A stretch of 64,000 nucleotides of DNA from an uncultured Gammaproteobacteria bacterium. Its GTDB lineage: Bacteria > Patescibacteriota > Microgenomatia > Daviesbacterales > UBA10151. Below, piece after piece: positions 9,960-19,672 of this stretch. Where the stretch lies: positions 8,500 through 72,499 of the forward strand of contig CAZKCV010000002.1 in the NCBI GenBank assembly GCA_964551605.1, in the 5' to 3' direction. The stretch's first letter is position 1; every line of letters starts with the position of its first letter. The position numbers and the translations under genes were made by a program. A model generated the notes under the pieces. That model ran no database searches. It was not told where the DNA came from and saw only the letters and a list, made by a program, of their open reading frames with translations.

Positions 9960-10230
9960 GGCATACAGACCTAAAGATACAGAAGAGAGGATTTTACACC
10001 GGTTAAAAATAGCCAAAGGACACTTACAAAAAGTGATCCAAATGGTTGAATCCGGCCATTATTGTATTGATGTAATCCATCAATCCCAGGCTGTCCAACG
10101 GGCTTTGCAGGAAGCTGACGGGTTGGTTTTGGAAAACCATCTCCAAACTTGCGTGGTAGAACATATAAAAAATGGAGAAGCAGATACCTCAATTAAAGAA
10201 ATAATGAATGTGTTTAAGAAAAGCAATTAA
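9958..10230 (+). CDS. csoR: copper-sensing transcriptional repressor, CsoR/RcnR family
   Basis: 90 aa. Clear similarity to B. subtilis CsoR (RLKxxxGxLxxVxxMVE...YCIDVxxQxxAVQ...HLxxC...FKK), including the Cys/His/Cys metal-ligand positions. Confidence 0.75.
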   Translation: MAYRPKDTEERILHRLKIAKGHLQKVIQMVESGHYCIDVIHQSQAVQRALQEADGLVLENHLQTCVVEHIKNGEADTSIKEIMNVFKKSN

Positions 10231-10238
10231 CCTGTCTT

Positions 10239-10739
10239 ATGGGTGAAAAGAAGCTTATTATTATATTCGTTGCAATAACAGCCTTAATTCTGGGTGGCGG
10301 CATTTTTGTTCTAAGCAGTTCCTCTCCTCCTGCTAAAATTACTGCTTCCCAAAATGCCAAAGCAGAAGTTTCTGAGAGAACTTTTGATTGGGGTAATATT
10401 CCTTACAGTGGGGAGAAGGCAACTAAAACTTTCACTATTAAAAATAGCGGGAGTGATGCGTTGAAATTAAGTGGGATAAAAACCTCTTGTACTTGTACCA
10501 AGGCTCAAATTTTAATAGAAGGGAAAACCAGCCCTTATTTTAGTATGCATTCTACATCCGGTTGGGTGGGTGAAATACCACCCGGTAAAGAGGCAGAGCT
10601 GCTGGTTATTTTTGACCAGGCTTTTCATGGCCCTAGCGGGGTGGGACCGATTGAAAGGTTGATTTCTCTTAACACAAATGATGTCCAAAACCCCACAATA
10701 GAGTTTTCTTTAAAAGGAGTGGTGGTTAAAGATAAATAA
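10239..10739 (+). CDS. membrane-anchored hypothetical protein (DUF1573-like Ig-fold?)
   Basis: N-terminal TM, then beta-rich domain with CTCT motif. Located in the copper gene cluster. Confidence 0.45.
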   Translation: MGEKKLIIIFVAITALILGGGIFVLSSSSPPAKITASQNAKAEVSERTFDWGNIPYSGEKATKTFTIKNSGSDALKLSGIKTSCTCTKAQILIEGKTSPYFSMHSTSGWVGEIPPGKEAELLVIFDQAFHGPSGVGPIERLISLNTNDVQNPTIEFSLKGVVVKDK

Positions 10740-10740
10740 T

Positions 10741-11676
10741 ATGAAAAAAACAAAAATACAGGGGATTTTGAATAAAGCAGTGCCTTTGTGGATGGTGATT
10801 GTGATTGTCTTAAACTCCACCATGGTAATGGGGTTTGCCCAGTATTATTTTTTAAGGCAGGAGATTCAAAGGAACCTTCAGGAACTGGCTAAAACCACCC
10901 AAAGTCCCGAGGAGTTAGTTCAGGTTTTAAAACAGGAAGTGTTGCCGCAGGCAGGATATAAAACCTCCTTAAAATGGAAGGATTTAGGGAAGCGATTAGT
11001 GGGGGCGGGAGCAATTGATAAGAAAAAGTATGAAGAAATTTTTGTTTCAGAAGCAGACGGGCAGGATCATATGAAATATCTGGATGGCAGTTGGGAAGAA
11101 AACATGGTCATTAATGAAACAAACTCCCGCTTTATGGTTAATACACTTTGGGCCCTGGGACTTGCTAATAAAAGCAAAGTATTAGATGAAGGTCAAATGA
11201 AAACAGGTGAGACCCCGACTGAGAATTTTGCTTCTACCGGAGGCTGGACTCTGGGGGTAAAGCCGGTTATGGAAATCTATTCTTCAGCCGAGATTATTCC
11301 GCTGACACCAGAGCAGCAGGAATTGGTAAAAAAGATTGCCGAAAATGTTTTCCGGCCTTGTTGCGGCAACTCAACAGCTTTCCCGGACTGTAACCACGGT
11401 ATGGCCGCCTTGGGTTATATTGAGTGGGCTGTTTATAATGGTCTGCCTGAAAACCAGATTTATAAAGATTTATTGGCCTTTAATACTTTTTGGTTCCCGC
11501 AAAATTATGTTGAGATGGCAGTTTTCTTTGATAAAGCCGGCACTAAGTGGAAAGATGTAAATCCTCAAATGGCTTTAAGCCGGGATTATTCTTCCGCCCA
11601 GGGTGCAGCTAAGATTAAGCAATCGATCCAAAATGTACCGGGATTACAAAACCAGGGAGGAGGCTGTGGTGTCTAA
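10741..11676 (+). CDS. membrane-anchored Cys-rich hypothetical protein
   Basis: 311 aa, N-terminal TM. Cys cluster RPCCGNSTAFPDCNHG and C-terminal GGGCGV. No known family recognised. Confidence 0.45.
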   Translation: MKKTKIQGILNKAVPLWMVIVIVLNSTMVMGFAQYYFLRQEIQRNLQELAKTTQSPEELVQVLKQEVLPQAGYKTSLKWKDLGKRLVGAGAIDKKKYEEIFVSEADGQDHMKYLDGSWEENMVINETNSRFMVNTLWALGLANKSKVLDEGQMKTGETPTENFASTGGWTLGVKPVMEIYSSAEIIPLTPEQQELVKKIAENVFRPCCGNSTAFPDCNHGMAALGYIEWAVYNGLPENQIYKDLLAFNTFWFPQNYVEMAVFFDKAGTKWKDVNPQMALSRDYSSAQGAAKIKQSIQNVPGLQNQGGGCGV

Positions 11677-12519
11677 ATGGGAATGGAAAATGTCTTGTTT
11701 CAAATTTCTTTGATAGCAGCTTTTGTGGCCGGAATGGTGGCCCTGTTTGCCCCTTGTTGCATCACGTTTTTGTTACCAGCCTATTTAGGCAGTGTATTCA
11801 AAGAAAAAGAGAAGGTTATTCTAATGACCTTGGTATTTGGGGCCGGGATCTTTGTCGTGCTTTTGCCGGCTGTTTTAGGGGTTGCTTTGGTTTCAAAATT
11901 TCTCTTCCGCTACCATGATCTGATTTATATAGTAGGTGGTGTAATTATGCTGGCAGTAGCAGTCACCACCTTTTTGGGAATTAAGCTGCCGATGCCTAAT
12001 TTAAGCGGTGTTAATTCCAGCGGCAAAACCGATGTTGTTTCAATTTTTACCTTGGGGATTGTGTCCGGTATTACCAGTGCCTGTTGCGCCCCGGTCTTAA
12101 TCGGCATTATGACTTTGACCCTTTTATCCCCCACTTTCTTTGGGGCCTTGCTGGTAGGCGGGATGTATGTGTTGGGGATGGTAGTACCACTGCTTTTAAT
12201 TGCACTTTTTCTCTCCGATAAGATGCCTAAGTTTATCTTTTTAAGAAAGCCGATTTTAGATTTGAAAATCTTTGGTAAAAGCTATGCGGTGGTAATGAGT
12301 AATTTGATTGCAGCTGTTGTTTTCTTGATTACCGGGATACTGGCTTTAGTCTTGACAATGACAGGGAAGCTATCTGCGGAGAATATGGATGCATTTACTA
12401 AAACCATTACTAATGCCTTAGGCAGTGTTAATGGGATGTTGGGGAATAATATTTTGATTAATGTATTGTTTGTGGGGGCATTAGCAGCTTTTATTTTTTG
12501 GGTGTCAAAAAAAGTGTAG
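11677..12519 (+). CDS. CcdA/DsbD-family thiol-disulfide transmembrane electron transporter-like protein
   Basis: TM1 motif FAPCCITFLLPAYLG closely matches the CcdA SPCVLPLYPAFL signature. Second Cys pair in a later TM (ACCAPVLIG). Confidence 0.6.
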   Translation: MGMENVLFQISLIAAFVAGMVALFAPCCITFLLPAYLGSVFKEKEKVILMTLVFGAGIFVVLLPAVLGVALVSKFLFRYHDLIYIVGGVIMLAVAVTTFLGIKLPMPNLSGVNSSGKTDVVSIFTLGIVSGITSACCAPVLIGIMTLTLLSPTFFGALLVGGMYVLGMVVPLLLIALFLSDKMPKFIFLRKPILDLKIFGKSYAVVMSNLIAAVVFLITGILALVLTMTGKLSAENMDAFTKTITNALGSVNGMLGNNILINVLFVGALAAFIFWVSKKV

Positions 12520-12543
12520 TATGGATTATGAGGGGGTGAGAAT

Positions 12544-12888
12544 ATGGCAATAAAAAATAATGGTAATAGTCCGGTCGCTTATCTAATAATAGCAGTATTG
12601 GTTGGTGGTTTAATTGGCTTTTTTGTTGGTCAAAATAACAGACCATTTTCAGCAGGTTACATGAACCAAACTGCCTCTATGATGCGTGATAACGGTTCCA
12701 ATATGATGCAAATGGGAAAGATGATGATGAACTCCGGTCAGATGATGCAGCAAAAGGGTCAAACATACGATGATCAGGAAATGATGCAGAACGGTAAGGA
12801 GTTGGAAGAGAATGGCTCGATGATGCAAAACAAGGGTGATGGCATGATGGAACGAGGTAACGGCATGATGCAAATGATGGGACAATAA
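12544..12888 (+). CDS. membrane-anchored methionine-rich repeat protein (putative Cu(I)-binding)
   Basis: N-terminal TM, then ~70 aa of MMQ-x-G type Met repeats (MMQMGKMMMNSGQMMQQKG...GMMERGNGMMQMMGQ). Sits between the CcdA-like gene and copA. Confidence 0.5.
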   Translation: MAIKNNGNSPVAYLIIAVLVGGLIGFFVGQNNRPFSAGYMNQTASMMRDNGSNMMQMGKMMMNSGQMMQQKGQTYDDQEMMQNGKELEENGSMMQNKGDGMMERGNGMMQMMGQ

Positions 12889-12906
12889 TCGAGAAAGGAG
12901 GTAAAA

Positions 12907-13170
12907 GTGTTAAACGCAAAAGTTTTTGCGAATGCAGCTGCTGCGGTAATGGCTATTTGGGTAGTTGTTTGTGCTCTATTGGCATACACAGCACCGGATT
13001 TATTATTTGCAGTTTCAGCGTCCTGGACGCATACCATTAATCTGGAAGCGGTCAGGTCAACCTTTAACCCAAATCCGGTTTCATTAATTTTGGGATTTGT
13101 AAGTGCAGTAGGATTAACTTGGGTGACAACATACGGGGTAATTTGGTTATATAACCGTTGGGTAAAGTAA
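12907..13170 (+). CDS. small 2-TM membrane protein, hypothetical
   Basis: 87 aa with two hydrophobic helices and its own RBS (AGGAGG upstream). Confidence 0.35.
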   Translation: MLNAKVFANAAAAVMAIWVVVCALLAYTAPDLLFAVSASWTHTINLEAVRSTFNPNPVSLILGFVSAVGLTWVTTYGVIWLYNRWVK

Positions 13171-13187
13171 TTGACTGAAAGGAGATT

Positions 13188-13550
13188 ATGTTAAGTATAG
13201 ATGAAATAGTAGTGGGTTTTTTCGGCCTTTTTGGGATAGTTTTTACCTTTTGGTTTTTTCTGATGAAAAAGGAAAAGGAAGTACAAACCCAAGGAGAAGT
13301 AGATATAACAGTGTCCGGCGGCTATTCACCGGAAGTGATTTCCGTGGCCCGGGGTAAAACTACGAAAATTAATTTTATCAGAACTGATCCGACTGATTGT
13401 CTGGAGGAGGTAGTGCTGTCTGATTTTAAGATCAGAAAACAGTTGCCGCTTAATAAAAAAGTCAGCATAGAAATTACACCGCAGAAAGCCGGGGAATTTG
13501 GGTACGCTTGTGGTATGAATATGTACCACGGAAAGATTGTGGTTAGGTGA
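13188..13550 (+). CDS. membrane-anchored cupredoxin-like small copper-binding protein
   Basis: N-terminal TM, then ~90-aa beta domain with Cys/Met/His ligands (TDC...[10 protein letters not shown]). Paralogous to the C-terminal domain of the 15747..16778 product. Confidence 0.5.
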   Translation: MLSIDEIVVGFFGLFGIVFTFWFFLMKKEKEVQTQGEVDITVSGGYSPEVISVARGKTTKINFIRTDPTDCLEEVVLSDFKIRKQLPLNKKVSIEITPQKAGEFGYACGMNMYHGKIVVR

Positions 13551-15745
13551 TGGAAACGAAGATATTTCAAATTAAAGGAATGCACTGTGCTTCGTGCATC
13601 CGGGTGATTGAGAATTCCATTAAGAAGATCCCGGGGGTTAGCGAAGCTCTGATCAGTTTAGTAACCGAAAAAGCTACCGTGACTTTTGATTCATCTGCAG
13701 TTAAAGATGAACAAATTACCTCTGCTGTATCAAAAGTGGGTTATAAAGCCTTTCTGGAAGAAGAGGTAAGGTCGGAGGATGAAGAGAAAAAAGAAAAACA
13801 AAAAGAGCTTTTCAGCCTAAAAAAGAAAGCATTTATTTCTCTTTTTTTGGCAGCCTTAATTGTCTGGGGCAGCTTTCCTTTTTTGGAACAATTTGCTCCC
13901 CCGCTATTAAAAAACTTCTGGTTCCAGTTGATTTTGGCTTTACCGGTCCAATTCTGGGCCGGATTTATGTTTTATAAGGCTACACTTCCGGCTCTCCGGC
14001 ATCGGACAGCAAATATGGATACTTTAATTGCCATTGGTACTTCAGCTGCCTTTGGTTATTCCCTGGTAGCCACTGCTTTCCCGCAAGTAATCGCAAGCAC
14101 CGGGATTGAGCCGATGCCTTATTTTGATGTGTCAGCGGTAATTATTGGCTTGATTTTGCTGGGCAGGTATTTCGAAGCCAAAGCTAAAGCCGGCACCTCG
14201 GAAGCGATAAAAAAACTAATCGGTTTGCAAGCTAAAACCGCCCGGGTACTGTTGAATGGTAAAGAGGTGGATGTGCCGATTGATCAGGTAGTGATCGGGA
14301 ATGTTATCCGGGTGAGACCGGGAGAAAAAATCCCGGTTGACGGCAAAGTTAAAGAGGGGCAATCAGCGGTGGATGAATCAATGATTTCCGGGGAAAGTAT
14401 TCCGGTGGAGAAGCAAAAAGGAGATTTGGTGATTGGCGGCACCATTAATAAAACCGGGAGTTTTACTTATGAGGCTACTAAAGTCGGCAGTGATACCATG
14501 TTGGCTCAGATTATCAAGCTGGTCCAGGAAGCTCAGGCCAGTAAGGCGCCAATTCAGCGGCTGGTTGATTTAATTTCTTCTTATTTTGTGCCAATTGTCA
14601 TAATGCTGGCCATAGCTACTTTTACTATCTGGTATATTTTTGGTCCGAATCCGGCTTTCCTTTTTGCCCTTTTAAATTCAGTGGCGGTTTTAATTATTGC
14701 CTGTCCTTGTGCCATGGGACTGGCTACTCCGACTGCCATCATGGTAGGTGTAGGTAAGGGGGCAGAGCAGGGTATTTTAATTAGAAATGCCGAAGGCTTA
14801 GAGATCGCTCATAAGATAAATACTGTAATTTTTGATAAGACCGGAACATTAACAAAAGGTAAACCGGAAGTGACGGATGTTGTCGGTAATGTATTGCAAC
14901 TGGCTGCATCACTTGAGAAGGGATCTGAGCATTCTTTGGCAGAAGCCATCGTTAAAAAAGCTGAAGAAGATAAAGTTACCTTAAAAAAAGTAGATAAGTT
15001 TAAAGCTGTACCCGGGCATGGTGTGGAAGGCCGGATTGATGGAGAGTTCGTAGTTTTAGGAAACCGCAGGTTAATGAATAGGGAAAAAATCAAAATTAAT
15101 GAAAAAGAGGTAGAAAAGCTGGAGAGTGAAGGTAAAACCGTGATGATGCTTGGAGTGGCCGGGAAACTAGCGGGATTGATTGCGGTGGCAGATACTGTCA
15201 AGGAAACTTCTAAAAGTGCAATTAAGACACTGTCTCAAATGGGGATAGAGACGGTCATGATAACCGGAGATAACCAGCGGACTGCCCAGGCTATAGCTAA
15301 GCAAGTAGGCATTAAGAGGGTGTTAGCAGAAGTCCTGCCGGATCAAAAAGAAGCAGAAGTAAAAAAGATTCAGGCAGAGGGTAAGGTGGTAGCTATGGTA
15401 GGGGATGGGATTAATGATGCCCCGGCCCTGGCTGCCTCAAACATAGGTATTGCCATGGGGTCCGGGACTGATGTGGCAATGGAGGCTGCAGGCATTACAT
15501 TAGTAAGTAAGGATTTAAATGCTGTTGCAAGTGCTATTACCCTTTCCAAGAAAACCATGAGGACAATAAAACTTAACCTTTTCTGGGCTTTTGGGTATAA
15601 TATAACTTTGATTCCAGTTGCCATGGGAGTGCTATATCCTTTCTCCGGGATTTTATTAAATCCCATTTTAGCTTCAGCCGCCATGGCAATGAGTTCTATA
15701 TCAGTTGTTAGCAACTCTTTGTTGCTAAAGAAAGTGAAAATATAA
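13547..15745 (+). CDS. copA: copper-translocating P1B-type ATPase
   Basis: N-terminal HMA domain ([12 protein letters not shown]), CPC motif ([11 protein letters not shown]), [15 protein letters not shown]. 732 aa. Confidence 0.9.
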   Translation: MMETKIFQIKGMHCASCIRVIENSIKKIPGVSEALISLVTEKATVTFDSSAVKDEQITSAVSKVGYKAFLEEEVRSEDEEKKEKQKELFSLKKKAFISLFLAALIVWGSFPFLEQFAPPLLKNFWFQLILALPVQFWAGFMFYKATLPALRHRTANMDTLIAIGTSAAFGYSLVATAFPQVIASTGIEPMPYFDVSAVIIGLILLGRYFEAKAKAGTSEAIKKLIGLQAKTARVLLNGKEVDVPIDQVVIGNVIRVRPGEKIPVDGKVKEGQSAVDESMISGESIPVEKQKGDLVIGGTINKTGSFTYEATKVGSDTMLAQIIKLVQEAQASKAPIQRLVDLISSYFVPIVIMLAIATFTIWYIFGPNPAFLFALLNSVAVLIIACPCAMGLATPTAIMVGVGKGAEQGILIRNAEGLEIAHKINTVIFDKTGTLTKGKPEVTDVVGNVLQLAASLEKGSEHSLAEAIVKKAEEDKVTLKKVDKFKAVPGHGVEGRIDGEFVVLGNRRLMNREKIKINEKEVEKLESEGKTVMMLGVAGKLAGLIAVADTVKETSKSAIKTLSQMGIETVMITGDNQRTAQAIAKQVGIKRVLAEVLPDQKEAEVKKIQAEGKVVAMVGDGINDAPALAASNIGIAMGSGTDVAMEAAGITLVSKDLNAVASAITLSKKTMRTIKLNLFWAFGYNITLIPVAMGVLYPFSGILLNPILASAAMAMSSISVVSNSLLLKKVKI

Positions 15746-15746
15746 T

Positions 15747-16778
15747 ATGGATCTTTGGATAGTATTTTTAACCGGTTTAACAGTTGGAGGAGTTAGTTGC
15801 ATGGCGGTGCAAGGGGGGTTACTGGCATCCACCATTGCAGCCAGGGAAGAAGAAGATATCCGGGCAGGTGTTAATCATAAGCATACAGTTTGGCCTACCT
15901 TGGCTTTTTTAGCTACCAAGTTTATTGCCTATATAATCTTAGGATTCATTCTGGGTAGTTTTGGCTCGGCCCTGGCTCTATCTGATGGTGCCAGAATTGT
16001 GACGCAGATGCTGGCTGCCTTGTACATGATTTTGGTAGCGCTGAATCTTTTAAATGTCCATCCGATCTTTAGGTATGTGATTATTCAGCCGCCTCGGTTT
16101 TTAACCCGAATGGTCAGGAATCAATCCAAAAGTAAAGATTTATTTGCCCCGGCCTTTTTAGGAGCCATGACGGTTTTTATCCCCTGTGGGACTACTCTAG
16201 CTATGGAGGCTTTTGCCATCTCTTCCGGCAGCCCTTTTTTAGGTGCTGCCATCATGGGGGTATTCGTCCTGGGGACTGCCCCGTTATTTTTCGGGCTGGG
16301 GTTCTTAACCACCATTTTAGGTGATGCATTCAGAACCAAGTTTTTAAAAATAGCCGGGGTAGTTGTACTGTATTTAGGGATTACCTCTTTAAACGGAGCT
16401 TTGGTGGTAGCCGGCTCCCCCATTAATCTACAAACCATTGCTGATAGCTCCCCTATTCAGATAGATTTAGACGGAGGAGGAGAAGAGCAAACAGGGCTTG
16501 AAGTAGTTGGTGGCGTGCAGGAAGTAGATGTTCAGGTTTTGCCCGGCGGCTACAGTCCCGATTATGTTCAGCTTCAAGTTGGTGTGCCTGTTCGCATGAC
16601 TTTAACTGCCGGTAGCAGAATAGGCTGTGCCTCTCAGTTTAGGATTCCCAGTTTAGGGATAGCCAGGAATTTGGGACCAAATGAAGTAACTACTATTGAA
16701 TTTACTCCTGAAAAGAAGGGCAAAATAATCGGCACCTGCTCAATGGGAATGTATTACATGATTATGGAGGTAGTTTAG
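15747..16778 (+). CDS. polytopic membrane protein (Cys in TM1/TM4, DsbD_2/CcdA-like?) fused to C-terminal cupredoxin-like domain
   Basis: TM Cys motifs GGVSCMAVQGG and FIPCGTT. C-terminal 90 aa align with the 13188 product (GGYSP...C...CSMGMYYM vs GGYSP...C...CGMNMYHG). Confidence 0.5.
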   Translation: MDLWIVFLTGLTVGGVSCMAVQGGLLASTIAAREEEDIRAGVNHKHTVWPTLAFLATKFIAYIILGFILGSFGSALALSDGARIVTQMLAALYMILVALNLLNVHPIFRYVIIQPPRFLTRMVRNQSKSKDLFAPAFLGAMTVFIPCGTTLAMEAFAISSGSPFLGAAIMGVFVLGTAPLFFGLGFLTTILGDAFRTKFLKIAGVVVLYLGITSLNGALVVAGSPINLQTIADSSPIQIDLDGGGEEQTGLEVVGGVQEVDVQVLPGGYSPDYVQLQVGVPVRMTLTAGSRIGCASQFRIPSLGIARNLGPNEVTTIEFTPEKKGKIIGTCSMGMYYMIMEVV

Positions 16779-16993
16779 TGAAAAAGAAATTTAAGATTAC
16801 CGGCATGCACTGTTCTTCCTGTGCCATGACTATAGATATGGATTTGGAAGACCTGGAAGGGGTAAATAAGTCCCAAACCAGTTATGCCAAAGCAGAAACA
16901 GAAGTAGAGTTTGATCAGGGTAAGATCACTGATGATCTGATTCTCCAAACAATCAAAAAATCCGGCTACGGTGCATCTCCTGTTGATTTTTAA
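16778..16993 (+). CDS. copZ: copper chaperone CopZ (HMA domain)
   Basis: 71 aa with GMHCSSC metal-binding motif. Confidence 0.8.
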   Translation: MKKKFKITGMHCSSCAMTIDMDLEDLEGVNKSQTSYAKAETEVEFDQGKITDDLILQTIKKSGYGASPVDF

Positions 16994-17025
16994 GACCATA
17001 CCCTATACCCTATACCCTATACCCT
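16993..17025. repeat. tandem heptamer repeat (CCCTATA)x4.5
   Basis: accataccctataccctataccctataccctaa immediately after the copZ stop. Confidence 0.8.
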
Positions 17026-17032
17026 AATTTTT

Positions 17033-18016
17033 ATGTTTGATTTAATCTCCATTGGTGATGCCAGGATAGATAATTTTGTTCACCTGCCAAAGGCGCATAT
17101 TAGTTGTACCCTCAATAAAGAAAAGTGTGAGATTTGTTTAAATTATGGTGATAAAATTCCGATTGATGATGTTAAATCTTTAACTGCCGGTAATAACAAT
17201 AATAATGCCATTGGGGCAGCCAGGTTAAAGATGAAAACTGCCCTTTTCGGAAACATCGGCGGAGATGCTAATGGCAGGATGATTCTGGAGCATCTGAAAG
17301 AAGAAGGGGTGGATTTAAGGTATATGGTGGTAAATAAAAATATTGCCACTGAACAGTCAATTGTCCTAAATTATCAGGGAGAACGGACAATTTTGGTATA
17401 TCATTATCCCTGGAATTATAACCTGCCGGATTTAGACAGGACTAAGTGGATTTATTTTTCTTCAGTATCTTTTTCGTTTTCTAAAACTCCGTTGGTTTCT
17501 CAAATTGAACACTATATTGAAAGAACCGGAGCGGGTTTAGTTTATACACCGGGAACCCACCAGCTCAATTTCGGGGTCAAAAAATATCCCAAACTGCTTT
17601 CTTTAAGTAAGGTTTTTATTGTCAATAAAGAAGAGGCCAAAAAGGTTTTGGGGATAGATGAGACTAAAAAGGTGGAGATTAAGAAACTGCTTCCCGGTTT
17701 GGCTGATTTAGGCCCCAGGATGGTAATAATTACTGATGGCGGTGAGGGGTCGTTTGGATTTGATGGGGAAAAGTTCTATCAGATAGGTCTGTTTCCGGCA
17801 GAGCTTCTGGAGATGACCGGAGCCGGAGATGCTTATGCTACCGGGTTAATAGCAGGATTATTTCATGGTAAGCAGTTACCGGAAGCAATGAGATGGGGTG
17901 CAGCCAACGGAGCGGCCGTGGTAGAAAAAATCGGCCCTCAGGAAGGGTTATTAACTTTAAATCAAATGGAAGAAAGATTAAAGAAAAACTTTAAAATTGT
18001 AGCAAAGGAAATCTAG
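17033..18016 (+). CDS. PfkB-family carbohydrate kinase (ribokinase-like)
   Basis: C-terminal GAGDAYATGLIAGL motif. Contains a poly-Asn insertion (GNNNNNA). Confidence 0.75.
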   Translation: MFDLISIGDARIDNFVHLPKAHISCTLNKEKCEICLNYGDKIPIDDVKSLTAGNNNNNAIGAARLKMKTALFGNIGGDANGRMILEHLKEEGVDLRYMVVNKNIATEQSIVLNYQGERTILVYHYPWNYNLPDLDRTKWIYFSSVSFSFSKTPLVSQIEHYIERTGAGLVYTPGTHQLNFGVKKYPKLLSLSKVFIVNKEEAKKVLGIDETKKVEIKKLLPGLADLGPRMVIITDGGEGSFGFDGEKFYQIGLFPAELLEMTGAGDAYATGLIAGLFHGKQLPEAMRWGAANGAAVVEKIGPQEGLLTLNQMEERLKKNFKIVAKEI

Positions 18017-19650
18017 TTTTTTACCAAGTGTTTTAGGGAATATTCTAAAGTTGCATCTGTCTTTTTGTGGGGGTTAAAGATATTTTTGGGGTCAAAAATA
18101 TCTTTGACTTCTTTAAATAATTCATAAACCTTTTTGCCGTACATTAGTTCCAGATAAGGTCCTCTCACCATACCGTCATTGTGTTCTGCTGTCATAGAAC
18201 CTTTGTATTCAAATACCAGGTCATAAACCTTTTTGGATAATTCCGGGATAGCCTGAATAACCCGGGGATCGTTCATGTCTACTAAGGGAATAATATGGAA
18301 ATTGCCATTACCAATGTGCCCGGCAATGGTATAAGTCATGAATTTTTTGTAGGGCTTTAAGATATGCTGGAGTTTTGGTAGAAATTCCGGTAAAAAGTGA
18401 GGCTGGACTACTACATCATCAATAAAAGGGGCAGTCCGTTTATTGCCGGCATGATGTCGGAATAGATTAAAACTTTCTCTTCTTACTGTCCAGTATTTTT
18501 TGGCATCATCTTCATTTCTGGTGAGTCTGGATTTAACATGGAAATGTTTAATGGCTTTCTGAGTGGTCAGGCATTTTTTAGTTACTTCTTCTTCGCTGTC
18601 CCCGGTAAACTCAGCCAGTAAAATCAGCTTGGGAAAGCCGTGTTTTATAGTCATGTATGCTTCTGGAATAAAATTCCAGGCTAGAGTGAGCAGGTTTTTC
18701 GGATGGATCACATTAAGGAGTTCTGCCCAGAATTTTACGGCAAAACGGAAAGTCTGGTCATCGTAGCTTTCAAAGCTTTCCGGGGCAAACTTTAAGACTT
18801 CATCGACCATTTCGCCCACATGCTTGAGGCTGTAGAGAAAAATTACCAGCATTTTGGCATGTTTTTTAGGCGGGATCAATTTGAATTTGATTTCCGTAAC
18901 TATGCCAAGGGTGCCTTGGGCCCCACAGATTAGCTTGCTTAAGTCAAAGGTGTGGCCGTCCCAGATTCTCCAAAGTAAATAGCCGGCAGAGTTTTTAGAG
19001 ACTTTTGGCTCGGCATTTTGGATTAATTCCCGGTTTTGGGTAATTAGTTTATACATTCCTCGATAGATCTCGCCTTCAAAATCATCTTGAGCAATCTTTT
19101 TGTCCAATTCCTCTTTATTGAGAGGTTCAAAGGTGTATTCATTACCGTCAGAAAGGATGACTTTGAGGCTTTGAACAAATTTTTCCGTCTGGCCAAAGAC
19201 TAATGTTTTTTCCCCGGCCGAGTTGTTATTGACCATGCCTCCCAAAGTACAGATTTCTCTTGAGGCCGGATAAGTTGGTAACAGCAGGTTATTTTTTAAG
19301 GTTTCCGGTTCAAAATCCCGGTAAAAAACTCCCGGTTGGACTGTTGCCGAGGCCTGATCAATCCTTAAAATCTGATTGAAGTGTTTGGTCATATCCAGAA
19401 TTAATGATTCACTGACAGCAGCCCCGGACATGTCGGTGCCGCCGGAGCGGATGGTTAAGGATAGATGCTGGTCAGGATTATTACTGACAAATTTGATTAA
19501 ATTTTTAATGTCTCCGTTGCTCTTTGGATAAATAACGGCCAGGGGTTGGATTTGAAAAAAGGATGCATCTTTACTGTATTTTTGCAGGGTTAGTTCATCG
19601 TCTATAACTTCTCCCTCTAATACCTTTTGCAGATCGTTTTTTAGGGGCAT
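18013..19650 (-). CDS. FAD-linked oxidase (GlcD/D-lactate dehydrogenase-like, FAD_binding_4 + C-terminal domain)
   Basis: 545 aa with an N-terminal PCMH-type FAD-binding region (IRSGGTDMSGAAV). Confidence 0.7.
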   Translation of the reverse strand: MPLKNDLQKVLEGEVIDDELTLQKYSKDASFFQIQPLAVIYPKSNGDIKNLIKFVSNNPDQHLSLTIRSGGTDMSGAAVSESLILDMTKHFNQILRIDQASATVQPGVFYRDFEPETLKNNLLLPTYPASREICTLGGMVNNNSAGEKTLVFGQTEKFVQSLKVILSDGNEYTFEPLNKEELDKKIAQDDFEGEIYRGMYKLITQNRELIQNAEPKVSKNSAGYLLWRIWDGHTFDLSKLICGAQGTLGIVTEIKFKLIPPKKHAKMLVIFLYSLKHVGEMVDEVLKFAPESFESYDDQTFRFAVKFWAELLNVIHPKNLLTLAWNFIPEAYMTIKHGFPKLILLAEFTGDSEEEVTKKCLTTQKAIKHFHVKSRLTRNEDDAKKYWTVRRESFNLFRHHAGNKRTAPFIDDVVVQPHFLPEFLPKLQHILKPYKKFMTYTIAGHIGNGNFHIIPLVDMNDPRVIQAIPELSKKVYDLVFEYKGSMTAEHNDGMVRGPYLELMYGKKVYELFKEVKDIFDPKNIFNPHKKTDATLEYSLKHLVKN

Positions 19651-19672
19651 AAGATTATGGTACCATATTTAT

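Noticed and set aside
12649-12919. His-rich and Ser-rich ORFs on the minus strand (12649..12885, 12677..12919)
   Set aside because: They are reverse-complement artefacts of the Met-repeat gene (ATG repeats read as CAT). The plus-strand gene has an RBS, a TM anchor and operon context.
16993-17025. TACCCTA repeats as additional CsoR operators
   Set aside because: It is a simple heptamer tandem repeat without the inverted G/C-tract symmetry of the operator at 9939-9959, and it lies downstream of copZ rather than in a promoter.
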